Source of the DNA: Azolla caroliniana
Taxonomy: Eukaryota > Plantae > Polypodiophyta
Direction: 5' to 3'
Assembly: GCA_043228905.1 (NCBI GenBank)
Contig: JBHGNT010000004.1
Location: 13,144,001-13,208,000, forward strand
Length of the DNA: 64,000 nucleotides
In this document: positions 26,691 to 38,998 of the stretch, one piece after another
Layout of the letters: every line of letters starts with the position of its first letter
Position numbering within the stretch: the stretch's first letter is position 1
Made by a program: the position numbers and the translations under genes
The notes under the pieces: generated by a model
Seen by the model: only the letters and a program-made list of their open reading frames with translations
Databases searched by the model: none
Told to the model about the DNA's origin: nothing

Positions 26691-27025
26691 TACGCTCTGT
26701 ACAGTAGTTACAACAATAAATATATACAACATCAACTACGCATAAATGTTTGCCCTAGGTCATATTTATACTAATATTACATTAGGAATATTTACAGATA
26801 TAGCCTCAATGGGCTCTTAGAAACATATTTACCTATATGTCCCTTCATTCGGTGAGAGCTTCTCACCGGGCCTACATCATCTAGTTCTTACCGGGTCTTC
26901 CTTGTCGAGTGCTCATCATCCGGTTCTCACCGGGTCTTCCTTGTCGAGTGCTCATCATCCGGTTCTCACCGGGTCTTCCTTGCCGGGTACTCATCATCCC
27001 ATTAGGAGGGACCGAAATCCCAACA
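26451..27025 (-). mobile_element. Solo LTR (copia/Tork-type) containing (CT)n and a 39-bp tandem repeat
   Basis: TGTAAG...CCAACA termini; motif CCGTGGTTTTTCCC on the minus strand; (CT)n at 26631-26688; 39-bp units at 26858-27000; the left TSD is lost to a small deletion with filler. Confidence 0.75.
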
Positions 27026-29365
27026 GTTGACCCTCCCCGACATTCTAAACCAATTGGTTGCAAGTGGTGTACAAGGTAAAGTATAATGTTGACAATTCGG
27101 TCAGGTGATACAAGGCCTGATTAGTGGCCAAAGGATATACGCAGTAGGATGACATTGATTATGATGAGACATTTGAGACGGTCGTGAAGATGATGACCGT
27201 CCCTGTCTTGTTTGCGGTGGCAACAACAAAGGGGGCATCTTCACCAAATGGACGTGAAGAATGTGTTTCTTCAAGGCTATCTAGACGAATAGGTCTACAT
27301 GATCCAACCCCTCAGAGTTCAATCGGAGATGAACAAGTCCACAGTGTGTCGACTCAAGAAGTCACTTTACGGCCTGAAGCAAGTCCCTTGTGCTTGGCAT
27401 TCTAAGATCACACACTAGTTGCGTAAGATGGGGTTTGTGACCTCGAAATCAGACCCTTCATTGTTCATCACCGGACCGGGACTTTCTGAAATCGGTCGAG
27501 TGAAGTCCCAACTGTCGGATGCATTCAAAATGAAGGACCTAGAGGACCTTCATTACTTCCTTGGGATCGAAGTGATCCACACCCCCGACGGCATATTGAT
27601 CTCTTAGCGACACTATGTGTTGAATATGTTTTACAAGTTCGGCATGATCGATTACCGATTAGTCTCCACGCGCCTAGTCCGGAACCTAAAGCTTCGTCCT
27701 GACTTCGAACCGGCGTGCGATGAGAAACGGTTTCGACAAATCGTCGGAAGCCTTATTTATTTGACAATCACCTGACCCGACATTAGCTATCCAGTTGGAG
27801 CGATGAGTCAGCTCATGCAGAAGCCGACTATGGAGCACCTTCGGTGCACGCACCGAATACTAAGGTATGTTAGCGACTCTAAGAACCGGGGACTGTTATA
27901 CCAACGTGGTATAACTGAGAAGCTAGTCAGATATATAGATGCCGACTGGGCTGGAGATGCATTGCATCAATGGTCCACTTCTGGATGCATGTTCTCTCTA
28001 GGTGGGGTAGCTGTTGCGTGGAGTAGCAAAAAGTTGCCAACCATGGCCTTGTCGAGCACTAAGGCTGAATATCGGGGCACTATCGTTGCCACATGTGAAG
28101 CCATCTGGCTTCGACGGTTGCAGCAAGACCTCCAGATCGTACTCCTGACTTTGACCCCGATACATTGCGACAACATGAGCAACATATAGCTTGCCAAGAA
28201 CCCTGTGCTCCATGCTTGGATAAAGCACATAGAAGTGCATTGTCACTTTTTGTGCGAGCGGGTCTTCAATGGTGAAATAGAACTCCAGTATGTCAAGATG
28301 GATCAGTTGGTTGCCGACATCTTCACCAAACCTCTTGGCCTAGACAAGTTGCAACATTTTTCAAAGATGCTTGATCTTCTCCATCTCGACATGCAGCACT
28401 TGAGGGGGAGAACCGGAACTGATATGGAGAGAAACGGAATGGAAACTGAGAAAATAGGTGATGGCACTGCACAAAGAGACAGAGAGATAGGAGGAGACAA
28501 GAAAAAGAAAAAGGAATCTGAGTGGACTAAAGAAGTCGGCACATCCAATAAAGTCGGAACAAGCGGTTACAACGGTAGAGTCAAGAAGAACAAAGCCGAT
28601 CAGAAGGCCAAGACCTAGACATGGTCCGATATGGTAAAGGGCCTGAAGATTGAGGATGAATTAGAGACAGCCAATTCAGACAAGAGTTGGAATGAATCAG
28701 AGTCAACCGATTTTGAAGCGGTGCTTCATTCGGAGGAGCCGGATCAACTGAAGGACAAACTGACAAGGAGGCCACGAAAGTCGACACCGACATGGAGAAA
28801 TTGACAAGTCGAGATGTGTCGGAGTCGCAACAACAAAGGACCTTAGATGGTCCTTTTGAGCAAACAAGCTGACCGAAAAGGTTGAGATGCGCGGAACCAG
28901 ACGAGGAGCACAAGTTAGACGGGAGGACGCTAGGGAGAGCTAGAGGAGGGGACCGACTACCACAGACAGACACTGCGATCTAACCTCAAGTTGAGCTTGA
29001 GGTGGAGTGTTGAGCGGACAAGCTCAACTGTATCCGGATTGGCTGAATAAGCTAGAGCCGGATCCGTATCTAGTGTCATGAAAGCTTCACATTAAAACTC
29101 TACAATAAGATAAATGCGTAACTAAAATAAAATAAATCTTCATAATATTTTATACATAAAGATAATATTAACAACACACTAATAATATTATACATTATAT
29201 GTAGAGGTAAATAAATAAATATATAGCCCCACCTTATGACACTCTAACCTTACCATTTAGCCTATACTAACAATACAATTTACAGTACGTTGTTTTATTT
29301 GGAGTAATATTTCATAGTCTAAACCATGTAATATACTACATGCACACCATATAACATATTACATG

Positions 29366-29432
29366 GCCAAAGTAGGACTTGAACTAGCAACCCCAACCTT
29401 ACCTCATTCAAACCTTACCATTTAGCCTATAC
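29366..29432 (-). promoter_or_regulatory. tRNA-like Pol III cassette in U3 (a second, partly deleted unit lies at about 29226-29265)
   Basis: Minus strand reads TAGGCTAAATGGTAAGG...GGGGTTGCTAGTTCAAGTCCTACTTTGGCC. Confidence 0.6.
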
Positions 29433-30934
29433 TTGTGATGTATGTAAAAATATGTGTTATAATATTGTATGGTTTAAACCATGAAATGTACCACATGTGT
29501 ACCATATAGAACACATGGAAAAGCCTCTCTACATGTGCACCATATAACACACATGCAAGAGCCTCTTTGCATGTGCGCCACATGGCCCACATGTAGAACC
29601 ATCTCTTCCCTATAAAAAGAGAAGGGAGTATTGTCACAAGGGATATGAAAGGAATTGAAATCGAAGCACTATATTGTATGGTATATCAAGAGAATCAATT
29701 AGACTTATATTACATAAGAGATATCATAAGATATAAAGAGCAAGAGAAGAAGAAAAGACAAGCGAAGAGCTAGCTTGACGGTTGTGGTGCTCAACTCGTA
29801 ACGAAAGGGCGACGGTTCCATTATGATCTTCATCAAAATATTGAAGTGAAGATTGGTGTGGCTTACTATCAATAAAATAGAAGAGTGATTACCTTGTGAG
29901 ACAAAGTTCGAATTCAACAATGCTCGCAACCATTTTGTAACTCTTTCATCAAATAATTATAAATCTCTGTTATTGCTTCAAATATCATTCAATATCCTAT
30001 CTTGTGATATGTTGTTGATCACTATTTATCTATTTTTACTCTTTCGTCTCTTCCGTCCAAAATCCCAGTGATTCCTTCCTCACTTTCACGTTATCTTCTG
30101 TCTATGCAACGCTACGCTTCTAGGCGAGCCACGCCACGACAGAATTTGGTGAACCCGATGTGAAACAGGTAAGTAGAAAAGATATCTAAAGTAAAGATCA
30201 ACATCAACATGGCAAGTACAAGTACAAGGTTGTTTATTGAAAAATTGAATCAAGATCAATTATTTCATGCCTTACGAGAAGTCTGAGAGAAGATTTGTGT
30301 GTTTGATGGCACAAATATCTCAAAGTATGCCAATATATATTATGATGAAATGGAAATGTTTGGTGTGAATGATGTCAATATGATAGCAAACTTTTATAAA
30401 TTAGTGGACATGGTAATTAAGAGATAAAATTCGTGAAATACAATCATTGCATAATTTGGATTGGAATACATTCAAAGAAGCACTTGTGTCTGAATATTCT
30501 CGTGAAGATTTCTCTCCAGTTATTATACATTTATTCCATGAATGGATCTTAAAAGAAGATAAAGGGTTATCTGTGGTTGACACAAAAAAAGAGTTTGATA
30601 GATTGTATGGACACTTAAAGCTAGAAGAAAGAAATTCTTTGTCTTGGCAAAATGTTGCTTTATTTTTGCAGGCAGTTGAAAAAAGAGATATAGAAAAGAA
30701 TTCGAAATTACGCTTGAAGTACCAAATACCGAGGATGGTATAACTGTAGATTGGAATGAGGTAACAAATGCTTGTAATAAATTTATGAAAAGAATACAAA
30801 GGAATGGTGCAATGCTACAAATACCACATGTGGGAATCATGAATCGGCTTGATCAAAACATCGAAGTTCAAATACTTGCTCAAGAACCATCACACGAAAT
30901 GGTGCATCAACCATGAGAAACGACCGAAACTAAC

Positions 30935-31285
30935 AGTGAATATTTGCTTGATGATTTAGTTCAAAGTATGAAATATTTAACAATTAAAGTGGCAAAGCTT
31001 GACAATGGTCAGCTTTCAAGGTCAAGGGAACCATTTCAACCTTGATGAATGTGGTGCAATAGTCTTGAACATTGATTATGTGATTGTGAAGAATATAAAG
31101 ACATACTAAGAGTGAATCTTTACTTGATGATTTAGTTCAAAGTATGAAATATTTAACAATTAAAGTGGCAAAGCTTGAGAATGGTCAGACTACAGGGTCA
31201 AGGGAACCATTTCGACCTCGATGCATGCGATGCAATAGTCTCGAACATCGATTATGTGATTGTGAAGAATATAAAGACATGGAAA
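30935..31285 (+). repeat. 176-bp tandem duplication covering the gag Cys/His knuckle
   Basis: AGTGAAT...GATGATTTAGTTCAAAGTATGAAATATTTAAC occurs at 30935 and at 31111. Confidence 0.9.
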
Positions 31286-32529
31286 ATCGAGACTTGGTGT
31301 ATTGGAAGAATGGTAACATTTATTTAACCAAAACTAGAAGTCCACTTACAAAGAACTTTGGTGATGGTGGTGTTAAGGTTAAATTTGAAGAAGCTGAAGC
31401 AAAGAAGGCTTCCGCAATGTACTACTCGGCAACGACAAGAATGCGTCTCTATGACATGCCATGCTTATCATCATTCTAGGAGAAGGTTGTAAGTTCCACA
31501 CAAAAGCAAAAGATGAAGATGGAACACCTTCGTGTTGCTGGAGATTTTGTAAGGAAAAATATTGGATGGGATGTTCCGGTAGATGCTATGACAGTCTATG
31601 CTCAGATGCCAGAACACCAAGACCATGAGGTGATAATAGAAGAAAAAAGGAAAAGGCCAGATGATGAGATTGGCTCGACAAAAAAAACATAAAACAAGAG
31701 AAAGCAAACGAAAGGAGATGGATGCAAAAGTTGAAAAAGGTAAATCTAGTCCTTCATTCAAATTATTGTCTGATATTGAAAAGGATAGAGATTTAAATAA
31801 AATTTTAGAAACAAGAATACTAGACAGTCGAGTAGAATTTACACTAAGAGAAGTGTTAGGTATTACCAAAAAGGAATTTGATGATGAAATAATTGATATT
31901 GTGCGAAAAAAGAAGCAAGTAAATGAGCAAGTTAAAGAGACAAATCCTAAGGTGGCATATGAAGTGGTGAGCAACGAGTCAAGCAATATCATTGTTAACT
32001 CTCACAATGCATCAACCTAAATGATAAGTTCAACAAAGACAAGAAGCCACTACTCTCGCAAATGCAGGGCACGATCGATTATTGAACATCATGTGAAGAT
32101 TGCAGATGTTTCCGACCTAGTGATGGCACTTATCGATCATGGTTCTGAAATAAATATAATGAGTGCTGATTTTTACAAGAAAGGTAGATGGCCAATTAAT
32201 ATTGAGCATGGTTGGGGAGTAAAAGCAGCGACATCAGTTACCGAAGATTTATTTGGTGCATGCCCAAATGTAAAGGTTACTATTGGTGATATAGAGGTAG
32301 ATCAACATTTCTTTGTGCAGGAAGGATCTACCTATCAAATAATCTTGGGGCAACCATACATCACAGCAGCACAGATGCAGACCAAAGTCCTTGACAATGG
32401 TTCTGCCTATGCGAAGATTCGAAGCCAAGATGGACAAAGAACTGTATATATAGTTTATGACAATTCGTCCCAATCATGAGAGGAACAAGGTAGACCTTCG
32501 AGATCCTTCGATACCAAAAGAATGTGGTA

Positions 32530-33362
32530 CATGGAAAGAGGATAAAATTTTTTAAGAAAAGATTCGAGCTTCAACCTCCTCCAATAGATGAACATGAAGA
32601 TGAAAGATAGTGGCACATGCCAGAGGATGTGAAAGTCTAGTGGGGGGGTGGATGTCATGAAGTAGGAAAGCTTCACATTAAAAATCTACAATAAGATAAA
32701 TACGTAACTAAAATAAAATAAATCTTGATAATGTTTTATAAAGATAATATTAACAACACACTATGATAATATTATACATTATATGTAGAGGCAAATAAAA
32801 AGTATATATATTATATTACATGGACAGGAGAGGACTTGAACCAATAACCCCCCACCTTATGACTCTCAAACCTTGCCATTTTCCCTATACTTGTAATATA
32901 TATAAAAGTATATATGTTATTTTATTTGAAGTAGTATTCTTTGGTTTAAACCATAAAACCATATAATGCACCATATAGCATATCGCATATCACATTAGCA
33001 AGAGAGGACTTGAGCCAACAACCCTCGCCTTATGACTCTGAAACCTTACCATTTACCCAATATCCATGATTTGTATATCCATGCATATTATATTATTTGA
33101 ATTGATACTGTATAGTCTAAACCATGTAATGTACTACATGTGCACCATATAGCACACATACAAGAGCCCTCTCTACATGTGTGACATATGGCCCACATGC
33201 AAAACCATCCCCGTCCTATAAAAGGAGAAGGGAGTATAGTCACAAGGATAAGAAGGAATCAATCAATATCAAAAGAACTATATTATATATATCAATAGAA
33301 TCAAATAGAGTTATGTTGTAAGAGATGTCATAATATAGATTAGCGGTTGTGGAGCTCAACTC
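32530..33362 (+). repeat. Ectopic 3' end + PPT + partial third LTR inside pol
   Basis: 32540-32652 resembles 36340-36456; LTR starts TGTCATGAAG at 32653 and follows the family LTR to GCTCAAC at about 33360; two tRNA-like units at 32822-32890 and 32997-33062 (minus). Confidence 0.88.
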
Positions 33363-36300
33363 TCAACAAAAAGGTCAAACCTGTTGCAGTACCATTACCT
33401 ATTGGTAGTGAAGAGAAGATGGAGGCAACAACAACCGAGCCTATGCTTCGACCAATAGAGAAGATCGGACATCACTTCTCTTCGGAGATAATAAATAACT
33501 TGAGAATCAGAGGGGCTGAATTTCTTCTGCAATCAGAGATCACTACTTTCAAAGAAATTATCTTTAGGCATGGGAAAGTGTTCGCATTCAAAGTTGAGGA
33601 GATTGGTTGTGTAGATCCAAAGATGGTGACGCCAATGGTAATATTTACTATCCTTCATATTCCTGGGAATTTTAAACCTATTGAAGTACCGAGAGCTCGA
33701 TTACCTCAATTGTTGGAGCTGCTGAAGGATAAAGTCAAGATGAAGATTTTAGTGCCTTCAAATGCACCATACTCCAATAGATGGTTCACAGTTCCAAAGA
33801 AAGATGGTTCTCTAAGATTCATTCAAGATCTATAACCAGTCAAGAAAGTCACAATCCCAAATGCAGGAATCGGGCCGATCGTTGATGGATTTGCAGAAGC
33901 TTTTGCTGGGAGAGAGATTTACTCTATGGGAGACCTATATTCAGGATATGACCAATTTCAACTAGCAATTGATAGTTGCAATATCACAACAATGAAAACA
34001 CCAATTGGGTTGGTTCAAATGTGCACTCTACCTCAAGGTGCGACAAATTTAGTTGATCATATGATGAATGTAATGAACAAAGTTCTCCATGAATATATCC
34101 CAAAGGTAACTATGTCATTTTTAGATGATATTCTTATTAAAGGATGCTTAGAAAGAGAGAAAGATGAGACTATGGTTGGAAACGGCTGCAAAAAGTTTGT
34201 GATGGATCACATTATTGATTGTAAAAGTATTTTAAATAAGCTTGAGCAAGTACATTTGTCACTATCAGGAACAAAGCCAAGCTTTGGGCAGAACAAAGTT
34301 CTGATAGTTGGTCATATGTGTGGCTGATATGGGAAGAAGCCTTCACCGAGCAAAATTAACGCAATACAAAATATGAAGGAGGTTTGCGAATCGATAACAG
34401 AGGTGAGAAGATTTTTAGGTGCATGTGTGTTTTAGCATATTTGGTTACCACACTTTGCAGATGTATCAAATCCTCTCCACCAACTTTTAAGAAAAGGGAG
34501 GAAGTTTATTTGGACTGATGAACTTACACAAGTTGTTCAACAAATGAAAGAAGCATTATTGAAAGCTCCAAGTCTTCGTCAACCAGACTACAAAGGTGAA
34601 AGACCAATTATAGGGACCATTGATACTAGCCTAATTGGGATTGGTTGGGTTATCAACCAACAAGATGAAGACCAACATCGATATGCTATCAGATTTGGGG
34701 CAAAGATATTAAATGAAAGATAAAGAAATTATGCACAAGTTAAATGAGATATGTGGGGTTTGTTTACTACATTAAAAATAGATAGAGATTACTTGATCGG
34801 AGCAGATGTAGTAGTTGAAACAAATTGTCTATCACTCATCGGAATGATAGCAAGTTGCACCACACCAGATATTCCAATGCTTCAGTGGATTGCATACATC
34901 AGAAACATGAACCTAGATTTATGACATATAAAGGGCAAAGAGAACCCAGTTGCAGATATGCTATCAAGAGCAAGGTTCATAAATGAAAGGGTGACGCAAG
35001 CTAAAGATAAGAATTGGGCAACTACAAGTCATCAAGTTTCTCATCAAGTATCTATTAAGCCTCATGATGAGTTTAATGTAAGCATAATGTTCAAAGACCC
35101 GGAGTATAAAGGTCAATGGTTTAGAAATAAGAATTTTTCTAAAGACTCAAGAAGTCAACCCATCATGGTTGAAGAAACAATTAAATGAATTTCGAAGACG
35201 GGCATTCAAGTTTTTTTTACATGAAGGGCATTTATGGAGGCGTCCAAAAAGACCAACCGAAAATCCTCTTCGAATCATTTGTAAGGATGACATTAAGAGA
35301 AAATTAATTATTGAATTTCATGATAGTTTGTGGGCAGGACACAGAGGCATATGGGCGACATTTATGTAGTTGAAAGAAAAATATTTGTGGCCACATATGT
35401 ATAAAGATGTAACGAAATTTGTGGAAACTTGTGAGGTTTGCCAGAGGTATTCAACTATTCGGTATCGAGATGAGCTAAAACCAACATATTCATAATCAAT
35501 GCATTATAAATGGATGGTCAATCTAGTGACAATGCCACTTGGGGAAGGTCAAATGCGATATTTAGTACTAGCAAGAGAAGACCTTACAAACCAAGTAGAA
35601 GGAAGACCATTGCGACAAAAAAAAACTAGAACTGTATGTAAATTTTTGTTAGAAGATATAATATGTCATTATGGGTGTGTTGGTAAAATAATTGCAGATA
35701 GAGGAGAACTTGATTCTGATGAAGCTAAGGAATCCTTCAGCCGGATAGGGGTCAAATTATCGCTAACAACTACATATAATCCAAAGGCTAATGGAAAGAT
35801 TGAAAGAGGACATAGCCCAAATGTTAAGGCGATTGTGAAAAGTTGTAAAGGTAGAATAAGAGATTGACCACGCATACTACCGTATGAACTATGGGCATAT
35901 CGAACAACACATAGTTCGGTAATAGGATATATGCCAATTGAACTGATACTTGGCCAAAACCCCATCATGCCAATAGAAGAATCGATTATGTCGTGGACAT
36001 CTATTCCATGGAGAGAAGAGTTGAGCAGAGAAGAATTGCTTGCTTTGCGAATTCAACAATTAGAGCGTCAACCTGAAGATGTAGAATTAGCAGCCCAACA
36101 ATTGAAGGAGGCTCGACTGAAGAATAAAATTCGTTTTGATCAAACTCATAGAATTTAACATAAGAAGATAGAAGAAGTGGATTCAGTGCTTGTGTATGAT
36201 AGCAGTTTAGATAATCAACATAGCACCGTCCGTAAGTTCGTTGAAAAATGGTTTGGGCCTTACATAGTAAGAAAAGTATATGATAACTTTACTTATAAGC

Positions 36301-36637
36301 TTAGTGCATTGGATGGGGCACTAATCCTAAACGTGGTAGCTAGAAAGAGGATAAAAGTATTTAAGAAAACCTTCAAGCTTGAACCTCCAATAGATCAACA
36401 TCAAGATGAAAGATAGTGGCATAGGCCGGAGGATGTGCAGGTCTAGAGGGGGTGGATGTTCTGAAGTACGAAAGCTTCACATTAAAAGTCTACAATAAGA
36501 TAAATATGTAACTAAAATAAAATAAATCTTGATAATATTTTATACATGAACATAATATTAACAAGACACTACGATAATATTATACATTATATGTAGAGGT
36601 AAATAAATAAATATATATATATATGTTATATTACATG

Positions 36638-36858
36638 GATAAGAGAGAACTTGAGCCAAGAACCCCCACCTTATAACACTCTAACCTTACCATTTAGCCT
36701 ATAATGACAATTTGCAAGAGATTATATGCGTTATTTTATTTGAAGTATATTTTATAGTCTAAACCCTTTAATATACTACATGCACACCATATAGCATATT
36801 ACATGGGCAAAAGAGGACTTGAACCAACAACCCCAACCTTACCATTTAGCCTATACTT
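36638..36858 (-). promoter_or_regulatory. Two tRNA-like cassettes in U3 of the 3' LTR
   Basis: Unit 36638-36705 reads TAGGCTAAATGG...GGCTCAAGTTC; unit 36805-36858 has GGTTCAAGTCC with its middle deleted. Confidence 0.58.
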
Positions 36859-37789
36859 GTGATGTATGTAAAATATATGTGTTGTAGTATTGTATGGTTT
36901 ACGCCATGAAATGTACCACATGTGCACCATAAAGCACAAATGCAAGAGCCTCTTTGCATGTGTGCCACATGGCCCACATGTAGAACCATCTCTTCCTTGT
37001 AAAAGGAGAAGGGAGTATGGTCACAAAGGATATGAAAGGAATTGAAATCGAAGCACTATATTGTATGATATATCAAGAGAATCAATTAGACTTATATTAC
37101 ATAAGAGATATCATAAGATATAAAGAGCAAGAGAAGAGCTAACTTGGCGGTTGTGGTGCTCAACTTGTAACGAAAGGGCGACGGTTCGATTCTGATCTTC
37201 ATCAAAATATTGAAGTGAAGATTGGTGTGGCTTACTATCAAGAAATAGAAGAGCGATTACCTTGTGAGACAAAGTTTGAATTCAACAACGCTCGCAACCA
37301 TTTTGTAACTCTTTCATCAAATAATTTCAATCTCTTTTACTGCTTCAAATATCATTCTATATCCTATCTTGTCATATCTTGTTGATCACTATTTATCTAT
37401 TTCTATACTTTCGTCTCTTCTGTCCAAAATCCCAGTGATTCCTTCATCACTTTCACGTTATATTCTGTCTACGCTTCTAGGTGAGCCACGCCACGACACC
37501 AGAAGGGAGAACCGGATTGGATTGTAACCGGCATGCCATTAGAGATCTACAATCTTAGCCTAGTACATAGGTAGATTCCTTGGAGTTAGTGTCAATCACT
37601 CGTATGAGTATTGAAGTACTTGTCCATACGTCTGTCACTCCTTTTAAGGACTTGTATAAAAAGTGTTTTGTAAGACATTTGTATGTACAGAGTGTTTTGA
37701 ATTGAGTTTAATGTTCTACTCTCTCTGTCTCTCCCGCTCTCTATCTTTGTGATTGAGGCTTCCATTACACCTTGTCTTTGTTTTTTGTT

Positions 37790-38483
37790 ACTCGAAGTGT
37801 ATTTCATATTTTACGTGAATATACTACATGCGTAGGGCAAGATTCAAACCTTCTACCTCCATGTTTATAATGTAAAGCCTTACCATTATACTAACACATC
37901 ATAAGTGTTAAAAAGTAGATATTCCACGTAGAATAGTTATTTCACGTATATTTTCTTGATAAAACAACTTTAGTTAGAAGAAAATGCATGATAAAAGAAA
38001 AAGCTACACTTGCACATCTAGCGTGCATGAACACTATAGTTTATAAAAAATGCATGATCATTTTTTTTAAAAACATGTTAGAAAAAGCATATAGTCTATT
38101 GATAGAAAGAGCATGGAGTTTATAGTTAGAGAAAAAGCATGGATTGCTAAGACTCTCTTATCACTATATAAGGATGGGGAGCACAATGTAATAAAGAGGG
38201 TGAAAATCTTTGGAAATTGGATATGTTTCTAAGTACCAATTAATAAACTATACCCGTGGGATTCACAAGGTTTCTATATTCTTCTCTTTCAATCTAAATT
38301 CCTATTCTTATCTAAATATTGATTAATAAAATACATTATACTTGTGGGATTCACAAGTTTCTATCTCTCGTTCGTGCAATCTATTCATAACTAGACTCGT
38401 CTCAAATTCTTCCTCCTCCTAGTCCAAAACCCCAACGGTTCCCACTCGACTCACGCAACGATCCAGCATCGAAAGGCACGACA
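37790..38483 (+). mobile_element. Solo LTR of the tRNA-Trp gypsy family (5' end eroded)
   Basis: Reverse complement of the 58713-59442 type; ends GGCACGACA; TATATAA at 38165; antisense tRNA-like unit at 37828-37895. Confidence 0.87.
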
Positions 38484-38998
38484 CCAGGTTGCCAAAGCTT
38501 CCGCATATTAACTTTGACAAAATACAACATGGAAAAGAGAAACATGTTAACACAATTAAGAAATTAAAAGCCAAAAGATATGAACTTTGCAAAAAGGCCA
38601 AAATGGGCATTGAAAGGATCCAGTGTATAGTGGAGACCCATAAAAAATGGCTAGAATAGAGACTCGCAGAAACCTTGAGCAAAGGATGACAAGAATGGTC
38701 GGCACAGGAAGTCGAGTTACAGATGTATAGAGCCAACTAGGAAAAACGCCGCAAGGTAGGGAAAGGTTTCTATAAGATGGACAAAACTAGTATTAACATA
38801 ATCCTAGAGGAATTAATGATAGACTTCTACGGTTTGACCAACATTCCACTGGGTTTAAGAAGATGCTAGAGGAATTTGAAAATGATCAAATGCAATTTGC
38901 CATCGAGTTAGAAGCGTGTGTGAAGTATGCGAAGAACAAAATCAAATGATGGAAGAGCAATCGGAAGGAACGGAAAATAAATAGATAAAATTGAGCAA

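Larger units (their letters stand above)
30209..36416 (+). pseudogene. Fragmented gag-pol
   Basis: ORFs 30447, 31144, 31661, 32021, 33347, 33926, 35169, 35499, 35931 and 36177; the gag, RT and INT pieces are colinear with the minus-strand relative at 46600-51250. Confidence 0.88.
29074..37498 (+). mobile_element. Full-length, degenerate tRNA-Trp-primed Ty3/gypsy element
   Basis: LTRs 29074-30141 and 36457-37498; TSD ctag/ccag; PBS TGGTGAACCCGATGTGAA at 30147; PR LIDHGSEIN; RT GDLYSGYDQF/FLDDI; INT IIADRGE; PPT AGAGGGGGTGGA at 36445. Confidence 0.93.
25860..38519 (+). mobile_element. Ty1/copia (family A-related) 3' half; its 3' LTR is split by two gypsy insertions
   Basis: KCILFGYS, RT 27030-27900, RNase H DADWAGD/HCDNMS/KHIEVH; PPT at about 28999; LTR pieces 29008-29073, 37499-37790 and 38484-38519 (ends TTTGACA). 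Confidence 0.85.

Noticed and set aside
26421-26774. ORFs with ER/SL dipeptide runs
   Set aside because: Translations of the (CT)n microsatellite.
26858-27000. CRISPR-like arrays (also 9745-9970, 42847-43402, 52156-52400, 62640-62950)
   Set aside because: Head-to-tail repeats without unique spacers, no cas genes, and a eukaryotic TE context.
28400-28980. env-like extra ORF after the copia RNase H
   Set aside because: Short, interrupted, charged low-complexity sequence with no transmembrane segment.
38520-38990. Host exon
   Set aside because: Coding-like, A-rich stretch with stops and no identifiable motif; left uncalled.
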